DNA of 64,000 bases from a virus, in IMG/VR virus record IMGVR_UViG_3300044729_001198, positions 1 to 64,000 of that record. The stretch is one strand, 5' to 3'. Positions 18,751 to 27,910 of this stretch are shown in pieces. The notes beneath the pieces are model-generated. The model made no database searches. It was not told where the DNA came from and saw only the letters and a program-made list of their open reading frames with translations. Position 1 is the stretch's first letter; every line of letters starts with the position of its first letter. The position numbers and the translations under genes were made by a program.

Positions 18751-20604
18751 TCAAATCGTGTCATCTAACAAATTAGATTCGTCCATCATACCAAACTCTT
18801 CCGATTCTTCATCGGTTTTTAAAGATTCAATTATCATTTTTTTAGTTTTGACTTTACTCATAGACCTTTTCAATGACTCCAATGTGTTTGGTGAGTTTCT
18901 AAATGAATGATATGCTGAATCAGCACCGACATCGGTCTTTTTACCCAATGGGTCACGACCCATATTAGCAGCATCAGTACCATATGTACCACCTTCAGTA
19001 GGTCTACCAGCACCTTCTTGACCACCTTCAGGTGAACCACCCTCATCTTCAGCCGGTTGTTGTGATACAACAGCCAAATCATGTGGCGTACCAAACGATT
19101 CACCGGTCTTAACGGGATCATTACCTTCATTTACGATTTGTTCTTGTCTAAATCCAAGTTTTAAGTCGTTAATAACTTTAGCTTGTTCAAGTTTCCACTC
19201 ATCCTCTGACATATTAAAGATGTTTTTATACATCCATTCTTGAGATATCATTTTCAACTCCTTCATAGAGTTTACCAATGAAACTTTTTCAGTCCATAGA
19301 GCAGCTTTTTCTTGTTCGTAAATAACTGATGGAGTTGTTAACTCTAATTCAAAATTTACAAGTTCAGCGCCTTCATACCCCTGTGAGTACAAATGTACAA
19401 TAGCAATTTTTGTAAGTTCTGAAAGAGCAATCTTTTGAATTCTCTCAACAGTTCTAGCAAAACGAATATCTTGTTGAGCAAGTGTAGCTTTACCTTCAAC
19501 ACCTTCTTCATATCCAATGAATGCTTTAGGAACTTTTAAAGCAGCCATCATTCTATTTTTCAAGTATTCAATATCATCAATACCACCGAATTCCATTCCA
19601 CTCAATGAATCGATTTCAGTACCACTCTGACCACCTCTAACTGGAAGATAATAATCCTCCAACATATTCTGCATATTGAATTTTAGATTGTAATCGCCAG
19701 TTTGTTGGTCGATGTACGGAACTTTTTTCATCTGGTCGATGATATTCCTCATATGTTGGTCAACTTCACTTGGTGGAATGTTACCAACATCAATTTTAAA
19801 GATTCTTTTTTCAGGAGCTCTCATGATACGATGAATCATCATAGCATCTTCCATCAGGGTTAATTGCTTCCAAGTCTTACGAGCTGGCTCCAACATAGAA
19901 CGACCATATGGTAAGAAGTTTGAATCAGCCATAAGTCTGAAGTGAGCTACTTGGTAGAAGTCAAACTCAACACCCTCTTTGGCTTTACCCATGATGTTAT
20001 ATGAGTTTGGCGCATTTGACATAGAACTCAATTTAAACTTAACTTCATACGGATTTTCGGGATTAAAACCCTCAACACGTTCTATCTCATAAGTGGACAT
20101 TGGTGATACGTTTACAATACCAACTTCAGGTTCAATATCAAGATGTAAATAATAATCACCATACTTGTTCATACCACGAATCCAAGCCCAAAGGTTAAAT
20201 TCAATATTAAGAACATCGTAAAATAAATTATGTAATACTTTTTTAAGATTCTCATCGGACGATTTGATTCTTAAAACATCACCCATGTCATTCTTTAATG
20301 TACACTCATCGGAGTAGATATCGAGAACTGAAGCGATAATGGAGTCTTTATCCATAGCTTCGTAGTCAGTATATAACTCTAATTTATTGGAGTAGTAGTT
20401 AAATTGTTGATTGTACGTTTCCCAGTTTCTTCGAGACGTGTGTAATCTTCCAAATCGGTCGTAATATGAGCTTTGTCTCATATTACCTTGAGATTGGAGT
20501 CTTTGAGTATCGACAGTCTGAATTTTATCCTTCCCAATACGTCTAACGACCACTTGGGTATTGAATAATTTTTTCAGTCTACCATATAATGAATTATCTG
20601 CCAT
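18751..20604 (-). CDS. gp20: Portal vertex protein
   Basis: LTLMEDAMMIHRIMRAPEKRIFKIDVGNIP, MLEDYYLPVRGG, YLKNRMMAALKVP. Confidence 0.97.
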   Translation of the reverse strand: MADNSLYGRLKKLFNTQVVVRRIGKDKIQTVDTQRLQSQGNMRQSSYYDRFGRLHTSRRNWETYNQQFNYYSNKLELYTDYEAMDKDSIIASVLDIYSDECTLKNDMGDVLRIKSSDENLKKVLHNLFYDVLNIEFNLWAWIRGMNKYGDYYLHLDIEPEVGIVNVSPMSTYEIERVEGFNPENPYEVKFKLSSMSNAPNSYNIMGKAKEGVEFDFYQVAHFRLMADSNFLPYGRSMLEPARKTWKQLTLMEDAMMIHRIMRAPEKRIFKIDVGNIPPSEVDQHMRNIIDQMKKVPYIDQQTGDYNLKFNMQNMLEDYYLPVRGGQSGTEIDSLSGMEFGGIDDIEYLKNRMMAALKVPKAFIGYEEGVEGKATLAQQDIRFARTVERIQKIALSELTKIAIVHLYSQGYEGAELVNFELELTTPSVIYEQEKAALWTEKVSLVNSMKELKMISQEWMYKNIFNMSEDEWKLEQAKVINDLKLGFRQEQIVNEGNDPVKTGESFGTPHDLAVVSQQPAEDEGGSPEGGQEGAGRPTEGGTYGTDAANMGRDPLGKKTDVGADSAYHSFRNSPNTLESLKRSMSKVKTKKMIIESLKTDEESEEFGMMDESNLLDDTI

Positions 20605-20672
20605 ATGTTGTTTCTCTAATTTGTATACTCTTACAAGTTATAAATATACAAAAAATAAACTTAACTACCAAA

Positions 20673-22247
20673 TTAAAGTATCCATGTCATGTCAAGGTCG
20701 TTACCACGACCATCCTTAACAACCCATGGGTTTTTACTACCAAGCCGTGAGTTGTAAGCTCCACCGTCACTTTTTCCAATATGTGTAAGCGCAGTTCGTG
20801 TTAAATCAATACCTTGTTGTCTTAATTTAAGAGCGGTATCTCTTACCCATAGTCCTGTGGAAAATGACATTACCAAGTCATCATTATAACCTTGTTGAGC
20901 TTCAGCCCGTGAACCATTCCAAATGAATACAAACAACTCATCAATCAATCTTTTAGAATGAATGATTGGAGCTTTCTCTCTCATGTATGTATCTAATTTA
21001 GAAATGACTAATGGTCGTGTTCTTGATGTCATCGAAAACCCAGGAACCATGTCTTCTTTTTTCTTTAAGTCCCATCCCTTTCGTAGATGAACATCTTCGT
21101 CAACGTACCCTACTTCACGATATGAATAATAAAGATTTTGATAATTTCGGTCAATAACTTCTTGTATAACAGCCCAACCAATGTTTGCGTTTTCAATCAC
21201 CAACATAGCATTGTTCCATTCAGCGGCAATAGAGGTTAGCATCGCTCCAAATTGTTTTGTTTCAATCTTACCTTTATATTCTGCAACTTGTTCTACTGTC
21301 TCCACATCTATAACATGGAATGCTGAGTAATCTTGACCATCTCCACGAGCAACGTCAGCTACAACCACATAGTCACGAGAATAGTTTGGATATTCCCAAA
21401 CCCAATAGTTACTATCGAATCCACGTTTTTCAACTGGATCTTTGATATAAGTTTCTTGATACCATGTTAGGATTGATGAATCAACTACAGTGTAACCTGA
21501 ACTGATAAAGTCACAATCACATTCTTGTGCTGCTCCTTTTTCACCAAGTAGTTTAGTTTGGTCATCTCTCCACTTTTGATTTCGTTCAGGGTGAACAGTC
21601 CAGTGAAGTTTAATTGGATTCCAACTATCACCAGCCTCACCTTTTAACCAAATTTTATGAAACCAATTACCAACACCATTTGGTGTTGAAAGTACAATAG
21701 CTTTACCACCTGTAGACAAAGTTGATTGAGCCGATGTCCAAATGTCTTCGATATTTTGAATAAATGCAGCCTCGTCAATGATTAACATTGATAATGCTTC
21801 AGAACGACCAGCGTCACCTGCAGCAGAGGTTGCTTTAATTTGAGAACCATTTCGTAATCGTAAGGAAAGTTTGTTGTCTTCGATAGTTTCACTCTTTAAC
21901 CAACTTGGTAAACTATCATGCATAAATCTAACCTTTGTTACAAGGTTTTTTGCTACTTCTTGTTTGGTGGCAATTACCAATATGTTTTTATCCTCATGAA
22001 ATAACATCATCCACAACGAATATCCTGCTGATAGGGTTGAGATACCCAACTGACGTGACTTTAAGATTACGTTGAACCGATTATCATTGAAATCAGTCAT
22101 CAAATCTTCTTGGAACGGGTACAAGTTGAATAAAATCTTACCTCGGTGTGGGTGTTGGATGTAACAATATTTTTTAAAGAAATATACGGGATCTTTCGCA
22201 CACTTAATGTACTCCTCCCGTATCATTTCCTTTAAAGTTTTTGCCAT
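20673..22247 (-). CDS. gp17: Terminase large subunit
   Basis: KSRQLGIST, IIDEAAF, ADVARGDGQDYSA, NDDLVMS. Confidence 0.97.
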   Translation of the reverse strand: MAKTLKEMIREEYIKCAKDPVYFFKKYCYIQHPHRGKILFNLYPFQEDLMTDFNDNRFNVILKSRQLGISTLSAGYSLWMMLFHEDKNILVIATKQEVAKNLVTKVRFMHDSLPSWLKSETIEDNKLSLRLRNGSQIKATSAAGDAGRSEALSMLIIDEAAFIQNIEDIWTSAQSTLSTGGKAIVLSTPNGVGNWFHKIWLKGEAGDSWNPIKLHWTVHPERNQKWRDDQTKLLGEKGAAQECDCDFISSGYTVVDSSILTWYQETYIKDPVEKRGFDSNYWVWEYPNYSRDYVVVADVARGDGQDYSAFHVIDVETVEQVAEYKGKIETKQFGAMLTSIAAEWNNAMLVIENANIGWAVIQEVIDRNYQNLYYSYREVGYVDEDVHLRKGWDLKKKEDMVPGFSMTSRTRPLVISKLDTYMREKAPIIHSKRLIDELFVFIWNGSRAEAQQGYNDDLVMSFSTGLWVRDTALKLRQQGIDLTRTALTHIGKSDGGAYNSRLGSKNPWVVKDGRGNDLDMTWIL

Positions 22248-22256
22248 AGAGTTCTC

Positions 22257-22664
22257 TTATAGTAAGAATAACAGGGTCATAGCGACAATACCAATACTAC
22301 CACCAGTAGCTAACCCACTAAAATACTTTTTTCGTTTTTCCGATTTCAATACTTTGATTTCAGATTCTTTTATAGCAATAATGTTATCCTTTTCAATAAT
22401 AATTGATTCGGTATTTTTTACTATAGTATTTAGATTTACAATTTGTGAATCTTTCAATTCAATTTTCTTCTCAAGTAAACTAACTTTATCCTTTACAAGG
22501 ATTAGTTCAGCATCACACAATTCATATTGTGCTTTAATTACCAACGCTTTTTGTAAAGTGTGTCTTGGTACAGCTATTAAAGTAGAATCACTTGAATGCG
22601 TCTGTGAAAGCAGAGGTGAGCTCGTCATCAGACATAGAATCAAACTTAGCAACGTCTTTTTCAT
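22257..22664 (-). CDS. Secreted/membrane coiled-coil protein, possible outer spanin-like component
   Basis: N-terminal signal-like segment with Cys; C-terminal hydrophobic tail; 77-bp overlap with the upstream gene. Confidence 0.4.
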   Translation of the reverse strand: MKKTLLSLILCLMTSSPLLSQTHSSDSTLIAVPRHTLQKALVIKAQYELCDAELILVKDKVSLLEKKIELKDSQIVNLNTIVKNTESIIIEKDNIIAIKESEIKVLKSEKRKKYFSGLATGGSIGIVAMTLLFLL

Positions 22665-22929
22665 GTTGTTTCTTTAATTTTTTAATTTGAGAATCTTTTG
22701 CATCAAGTTGTGAATCCACTTTTGCAATCTCTTTTTCAATTTCAGAGTTTACAACCTTTAGAGAATCCACACTACCTTGTAATCTTTCGATTTCTTTTTT
22801 AGAAGTTTGTTCTTGTTCCTTTAACATTTTCATGTACTCCTTTTTATAAGAGTTTCCCATGAACAAGTTTTGAACTATTAATAGCCCAACTGCTACAATG
22901 ATTACAATGTGTACTGATTTCAGTTTCAT
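22588..22929 (-). CDS. N-terminal TM + coiled-coil protein, possible inner spanin
   Basis: Hydrophobic VHIVIIVAVGLLIV then heptad-rich region. Confidence 0.45.
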   Translation of the reverse strand: MKLKSVHIVIIVAVGLLIVQNLFMGNSYKKEYMKMLKEQEQTSKKEIERLQGSVDSLKVVNSEIEKEIAKVDSQLDAKDSQIKKLKKQHEKDVAKFDSMSDDELTSAFTDAFK

Positions 22930-23222
22930 TATTTTGATACCTTACCAGCAGAAGCTGCTGATGAACCTTTTTTCTTTGGATAGTATCTTTTTCTCGGTTT
23001 TACATCACCAGCAGAAGCTTTACCAGAACCTTTAGGTTTGTTAGCTGATTTCTTGACTTCTTTTACGGCAGCTTTAGTTTCGGCAACTTTTTGTTCTACA
23101 ACGTTAACTTGCTTCTTAACTACTTCTACTTCTTTTTTGACTTGAGAAACAGTTTCCATGACTTTTTCGTCAATGTTAGTTTTACCCAAAATCCAATTCC
23201 AAATTTTTGTTAGTGTTTTCAT
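22929..23222 (-). CDS. Basic hypothetical protein
   Basis: 97 aa with Lys-rich tail; SD TAGGA; late motif at 23240. Confidence 0.6.
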   Translation of the reverse strand: MKTLTKIWNWILGKTNIDEKVMETVSQVKKEVEVVKKQVNVVEQKVAETKAAVKEVKKSANKPKGSGKASAGDVKPRKRYYPKKKGSSAASAGKVSK

Positions 23223-23257
23223 AATATTCCTATTTTAAAATAAATATTGATTTTTAA

Positions 23258-24205
23258 TTAATTAAGTAAATCGGTTAATAACTTATCAAATGGTTCTTTT
23301 AACTTATCGTAATAAGAACTACCTTCAACAAGGTATCTCCCACCATACAACATATCACGAGTTGATATGTGTAGTTCGTGTGTTTTATCATTCTGGTATT
23401 GTTTAGCTCCCCATAAATGATATAACGTATTGTTTAATTCTTCAGTAGCATCGTCATGACCCAAATCCATGTCATATGAATAAAATCCTTCGGATGAATA
23501 CAAAACTTTACATACCGCTTGTGTTTTGATTGGTACTCCAACTATATTAGACCAATAACTAGCAAGTGCTGCAAGAAACCACTGTTCCATCATGATTTGA
23601 GCTGATGATAATGGGTGCATCCTATGTGAATTTTCAGTAGCATATACCATATCACCACTTGAATCTAAAACATAGTCAAAGTACCTACTAACAAAGTCCA
23701 TTTTGAAAGATTCGTTGAACATACCAAGTACAGCACAATTCATTGGCTGTGTATTTCTAAATGAGGTTGTCATATCCTCATCCCAAACAAACCCATCGGG
23801 CCCTTTGATATCAAAAATGTTAGGATACGAAGCGGTGGTCTCTCTATGTAGATACAAAACATCACATCCAATGTAAGATGTTAATGGTTTGTGTAACATT
23901 AAGTCGGTATCAAATATTATAAATGGAGATTGTAACTTTGACATAGCCCAAATCTTTGGAGATGCCCAAAAATTGTCAGATATTCTATCGTATGGATAGT
24001 CGTCAAATATGTTCGTGATAACCTCATCATATAATGAGGTAATGTTCCACTTATCATAGAACTCTTTTGTTTTTACATCTGTTATTAAACACAAAGGAAC
24101 GTCTGGGTTGACATTCCTATGGTTTATACAAGAATACATATGAGTTATTAACTCAAATGTTTGGGGGTCTCTATTACGAATTATGTAGACGTGGTAAGCC
24201 TTCAT
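23258..24205 (-). CDS. Putative nucleotide-sugar transferase-like (GT-A type) protein
   Basis: WASPKIWAMSKLQSPFIIFDTDL (DxD motif), MNCAVLG, MEQWFL, YHLWG. Confidence 0.5.
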   Translation of the reverse strand: MKAYHVYIIRNRDPQTFELITHMYSCINHRNVNPDVPLCLITDVKTKEFYDKWNITSLYDEVITNIFDDYPYDRISDNFWASPKIWAMSKLQSPFIIFDTDLMLHKPLTSYIGCDVLYLHRETTASYPNIFDIKGPDGFVWDEDMTTSFRNTQPMNCAVLGMFNESFKMDFVSRYFDYVLDSSGDMVYATENSHRMHPLSSAQIMMEQWFLAALASYWSNIVGVPIKTQAVCKVLYSSEGFYSYDMDLGHDDATEELNNTLYHLWGAKQYQNDKTHELHISTRDMLYGGRYLVEGSSYYDKLKEPFDKLLTDLLN

Positions 24206-24255
24206 CAAAACTTGTTTATAATAAGTATTGTTTTAAAATTAGTAAATCTAATACA

Positions 24256-26733
24256 TTACCATTTTTTACAAGACCAATAACGAGCTTTCCATCTTGGCCC
24301 AGGACTATCACAATTGTGTCTGGCTCTGAATGATGCTCTTGCTTCGGGATTGTCTTTACGGATTCTCATCGTACCACCCTTAGCATCACCACCTTGTCCA
24401 AAGTTTACTTTAACAACATTACCTTTGTCGTTCTTAACATATACTTTGAATTTCTTAACATCACCTTGCATGATTTTACCAAGCTTTACTTTACGACCTT
24501 GGTATTCAGCCTCACCTAATTGCTTTTTGTATTTTTTAATATCATCACGAACTTCTTCAAAGTCCGACCACATTCCGTTTTTGATAAAATATACGGCGCC
24601 TTTAAAATCTTTGAATCCCAAATATTTAACTAAATTCTTATCAGAGTATAATTGCTTTAGAACTTCTTTAACACCAGCAGACGCAAGATTCATTTCTTCT
24701 ATTTTTGATTCAAAAACAGGAACCTGAATACCAAATGATTTTAATTTGGCTTGTAATGATTGTTGCTCTTCTTGGTCACCAAATTTAATGTAAGACAACA
24801 CTTCTTTGAATGACTTGAATCCGAGTTTAGGTAACACCTCTTTATTATTAAAAATCGTAGTCAATAATTCTTTGACACCGGCCGATTTGAATTTCAATTC
24901 TCTTAACCCAGCTCGTTCTGATGTCATATATGATTCAAGGTACTCTTTAAAATCTTCAATCTCTTCGTAATTTTCAACATCATACTCATCAACCACTTCT
25001 TCCTCTTCTTCTTTTACAAAAGATTTAGCTTGTGGGTTTGAATATAATTTACCAATCTCAATTCCGTTTTGTTCCATGAATGATTTGATAGCATGGTATT
25101 CTTCTTTGATGATAGTTTTTAATACGTTGAGTTTTTTGTTCTCATCTAATTTTTCTTCTTCGGTTTCTTCATCAAGTTTTTTAACAGGATACATTTTTCC
25201 GTTGAATTCGAATTCAGTCAAACCTTCTTGACGAGCTTTGAACAAAGCGCCAGTAAAAGCATTACCTTCTACCATTTGCTTTTTATTCATCATACTTTCC
25301 ATGATACCAACAGCAATATCACCAACCAAAAAGTCAGGTTTAGTTGCGTATTTTTTGTTCACAATAGCAACTCTATTACCACTCTTATCTTGAACTACAT
25401 AAATCGGCATTGGTGAAGTAGCAAAGATGTATCTCATGCCGGTTTTCTTTAATTCAGTACCAACACTCATAAATGAAGAAGCAGCTTCAACAGCCGACTT
25501 GATTTTTTCCATATCATTTGATGATATACCTTCATTTACATTATCTTGATAAAGAACTTGAATATCTTTAATGTCACCTGTGAATGGTCCGTTCAATGTA
25601 TTAATGGTTACTTTGTTACCACTAATTTTCATTACCATGCCGGTTTTGTTTTTTGATTTGAAATGTACAAAATCACCAATCTCAAAATCACCAACGTTTG
25701 CTTCAGTTAATGAACTATCACTAACAATACCTTCATAATTAGCCATGGTTAATACATCATTTTCTTTTGACATTTTAATCACATTCTGACTAACGTTGTG
25801 TAAGTCCATATCACTTTTTGCATCTTCACGAGAATATTCTAATAAACGAATAAAAAGCGGAACATCCATTGAGATGGTGTCTATACTATCATTAGCTTCT
25901 GAAATTCCTTGTTGTTTGTTTTTCATATCAGCAAAGGCTTGTGCTTCTTCTTTGGTAGCAAACCCCTTTACTCTAACCTCACCTTCCCAAACAGCCCACG
26001 GCTCATTTGGATTCTTACAAGGTCTTACTACATATTTGTCATTTGGGTCACCGGTATGTGATTCATTTATCGACTCTTCAATACCTTTTTTAGAACGGAT
26101 TTTGTATTTCTTGTAAAGGTAATCCATTGACTTGATGTTTTGTTTTAACTGCCATGCGTGGTCATCATTTACTCTTTTTAAACGAACCATTAATTGAATG
26201 TCAGAATCAGACGCTACTTCAGCAAATTTAGGACCAATTACCCAAGATTGTTTACCTCTATAAAGGTCAACATTAATATCAGCCTCGTTTACGGATTCTG
26301 ATTTAGTTTTCCAAGTACCACCTTTTTCTTTGTACCACTTTGATGCAAATGCGTTAGCGTATGCTGATGGATATACATCGTATTTAGCCTTTGCAGCAGC
26401 AACGGCTCTATCCCAAAGAGCAGGGTTGTTGGGTTCGTTTTCTTCGTTAATCGATTCCTTTACACAATTTGGAACTTCTTTACCATTTTTCATTTTCATT
26501 CCTATTTGTTTGTATCCATCCCAACACGGGCTGTCTTCCTTGATAGATTCAAATCTAAACTTACCTTTAGGCGCTTCTTGTTTAAAATATTTTAAAGCAA
26601 ACTCTGATTTAAGGTTTGGAGCATATTGGCCGATTTCTTTTCCGTTCTTTAAAACGATATGAGTTAACATACCACCCCAACGGAAAACTTTTGCAAGTTC
26701 ATAATCACCAATTTTAGCAACAACTTTAGCCAT
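24256..26733 (-). CDS. Multi-module polyprotein-like protein (about 10 short domains separated by ESxNE-type linkers)
   Basis: Modules include CWDGYKQIGMK..VPNCV, PALWDRAVAAAKAKYDVYPSAYAN, DVPLFIRLLEY, a KOW/SH3-like unit, EGNAFTGAL and C-terminal SFRARHNC..ARYWSC. Confidence 0.75.
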   Translation of the reverse strand: MAKVVAKIGDYELAKVFRWGGMLTHIVLKNGKEIGQYAPNLKSEFALKYFKQEAPKGKFRFESIKEDSPCWDGYKQIGMKMKNGKEVPNCVKESINEENEPNNPALWDRAVAAAKAKYDVYPSAYANAFASKWYKEKGGTWKTKSESVNEADINVDLYRGKQSWVIGPKFAEVASDSDIQLMVRLKRVNDDHAWQLKQNIKSMDYLYKKYKIRSKKGIEESINESHTGDPNDKYVVRPCKNPNEPWAVWEGEVRVKGFATKEEAQAFADMKNKQQGISEANDSIDTISMDVPLFIRLLEYSREDAKSDMDLHNVSQNVIKMSKENDVLTMANYEGIVSDSSLTEANVGDFEIGDFVHFKSKNKTGMVMKISGNKVTINTLNGPFTGDIKDIQVLYQDNVNEGISSNDMEKIKSAVEAASSFMSVGTELKKTGMRYIFATSPMPIYVVQDKSGNRVAIVNKKYATKPDFLVGDIAVGIMESMMNKKQMVEGNAFTGALFKARQEGLTEFEFNGKMYPVKKLDEETEEEKLDENKKLNVLKTIIKEEYHAIKSFMEQNGIEIGKLYSNPQAKSFVKEEEEEVVDEYDVENYEEIEDFKEYLESYMTSERAGLRELKFKSAGVKELLTTIFNNKEVLPKLGFKSFKEVLSYIKFGDQEEQQSLQAKLKSFGIQVPVFESKIEEMNLASAGVKEVLKQLYSDKNLVKYLGFKDFKGAVYFIKNGMWSDFEEVRDDIKKYKKQLGEAEYQGRKVKLGKIMQGDVKKFKVYVKNDKGNVVKVNFGQGGDAKGGTMRIRKDNPEARASFRARHNCDSPGPRWKARYWSCKKW

Positions 26734-26741
26734 TTTAAACC

Positions 26742-27212
26742 TTATGAAATATATACGTTTAACTCGTATGCGCTACGCATTCCATACACTTGGATTGCCA
26801 AAGCTTTACGTTGTGGTTTTCCACCTTTTGTAAGAGAAATTATAAATCTATTGGTTTTACCTTCAGAGGGTTTTTTTGGACCTAATCCAATTTTTGTTGA
26901 AGTTTCTTCTTCATCAAAATCATAACCAGCTTTTTTAGCATATTCTAATGCGGTTTGGATTGCTGAAGTATATGTTTTATGGTAAACTTGATATGCCGCT
27001 TCTTTGATTACGGATTCATTTCTCTTATTAGAAGTGTACATACCTTTTAACCATGCAATAGCATCTTTGGTTAAGTCAAATTGTGGAAATTCTTTTTTGA
27101 ATTCTTTTATGAATTCTTGAAACGTTTCCGCTTCTTGAACCATAATGTCAATTTCGCTCATCGATGACTCATTGACTTTTTTAGATTCGGTTATAAGTGA
27201 TTTTAATCTCAT
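26742..27212 (-). CDS. Two-module internal-head-like protein
   Basis: MRLKSLITESKKVNES; NESVIKE linker; SD GGAG; late motif at 27232. Confidence 0.6.
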   Translation of the reverse strand: MRLKSLITESKKVNESSMSEIDIMVQEAETFQEFIKEFKKEFPQFDLTKDAIAWLKGMYTSNKRNESVIKEAAYQVYHKTYTSAIQTALEYAKKAGYDFDEEETSTKIGLGPKKPSEGKTNRFIISLTKGGKPQRKALAIQVYGMRSAYELNVYIS

Positions 27213-27267
27213 AATGTGTCTCCCTCAAGAAATAAATAGGTAGTTTATAACACTTTCGTGTTTTATT

Positions 27268-27876
27268 TTAACCTTCTACTTGGGTTTCTATTGGATTTTC
27301 TAATTTTGCTATAAATTCGGTTTTAAATTTTTCAAAATCAGAATCTAATTTAGCTTCAAATTCTTCAAATGACATTCCACCAGACCAATCTTCAAATGAA
27401 CCATCTTCATTGATGTATTGTGTTCGGAGCCCAGCCTTCAAAACTTCTTTTTCAATTTCAGCTTGTTTTAACCAAGCTTTTGCGTTTTCTAAAATTTTAC
27501 TACGTTCGTACTCTTCGTATTTACCATCAAGTTTTAGTTGAGTCTCCATATCAGTAACACACTCCAAACACATACCATGAAATGCTTTCATTTTTTCATC
27601 AGCTTGAGATGGTTTGTTACAAGTACACGTTTCTTTAGGACAGTTTGGAAAAGACTTTAAATCACTTCTCAAATCTGAAAGTTTTCCAAGTTTTACCTTG
27701 TAACCTTTCTTTTGTTCCCAAAGATTACCTTCTTCATCGGTCCATTGGTCACCAACTTCACGTTTTATATAATCTAAACTTTCACCAAAAGTAATACTTT
27801 TACGAGTTTGTGTTTTGTGAGTTCCGGCCAACATCTCTTTGACCGCTTTAACATTTCTTAATTTATCAGATGCCAT
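27268..27876 (-). CDS. Hypothetical protein (Cys cluster CPKETCTC...CLEC)
   Basis: 202-aa ORF; late motif at 27899. Confidence 0.65.
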   Translation of the reverse strand: MASDKLRNVKAVKEMLAGTHKTQTRKSITFGESLDYIKREVGDQWTDEEGNLWEQKKGYKVKLGKLSDLRSDLKSFPNCPKETCTCNKPSQADEKMKAFHGMCLECVTDMETQLKLDGKYEEYERSKILENAKAWLKQAEIEKEVLKAGLRTQYINEDGSFEDWSGGMSFEEFEAKLDSDFEKFKTEFIAKLENPIETQVEG

Positions 27877-27910
27877 AACTTTTTTTTTGTTTCAGTATAT
27901 AAATATAAAA

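Noticed and set aside
18751-22247. Inteins or introns in portal or terminase
   Set aside because: Lengths are typical and no splicing or homing-endonuclease motifs were seen.
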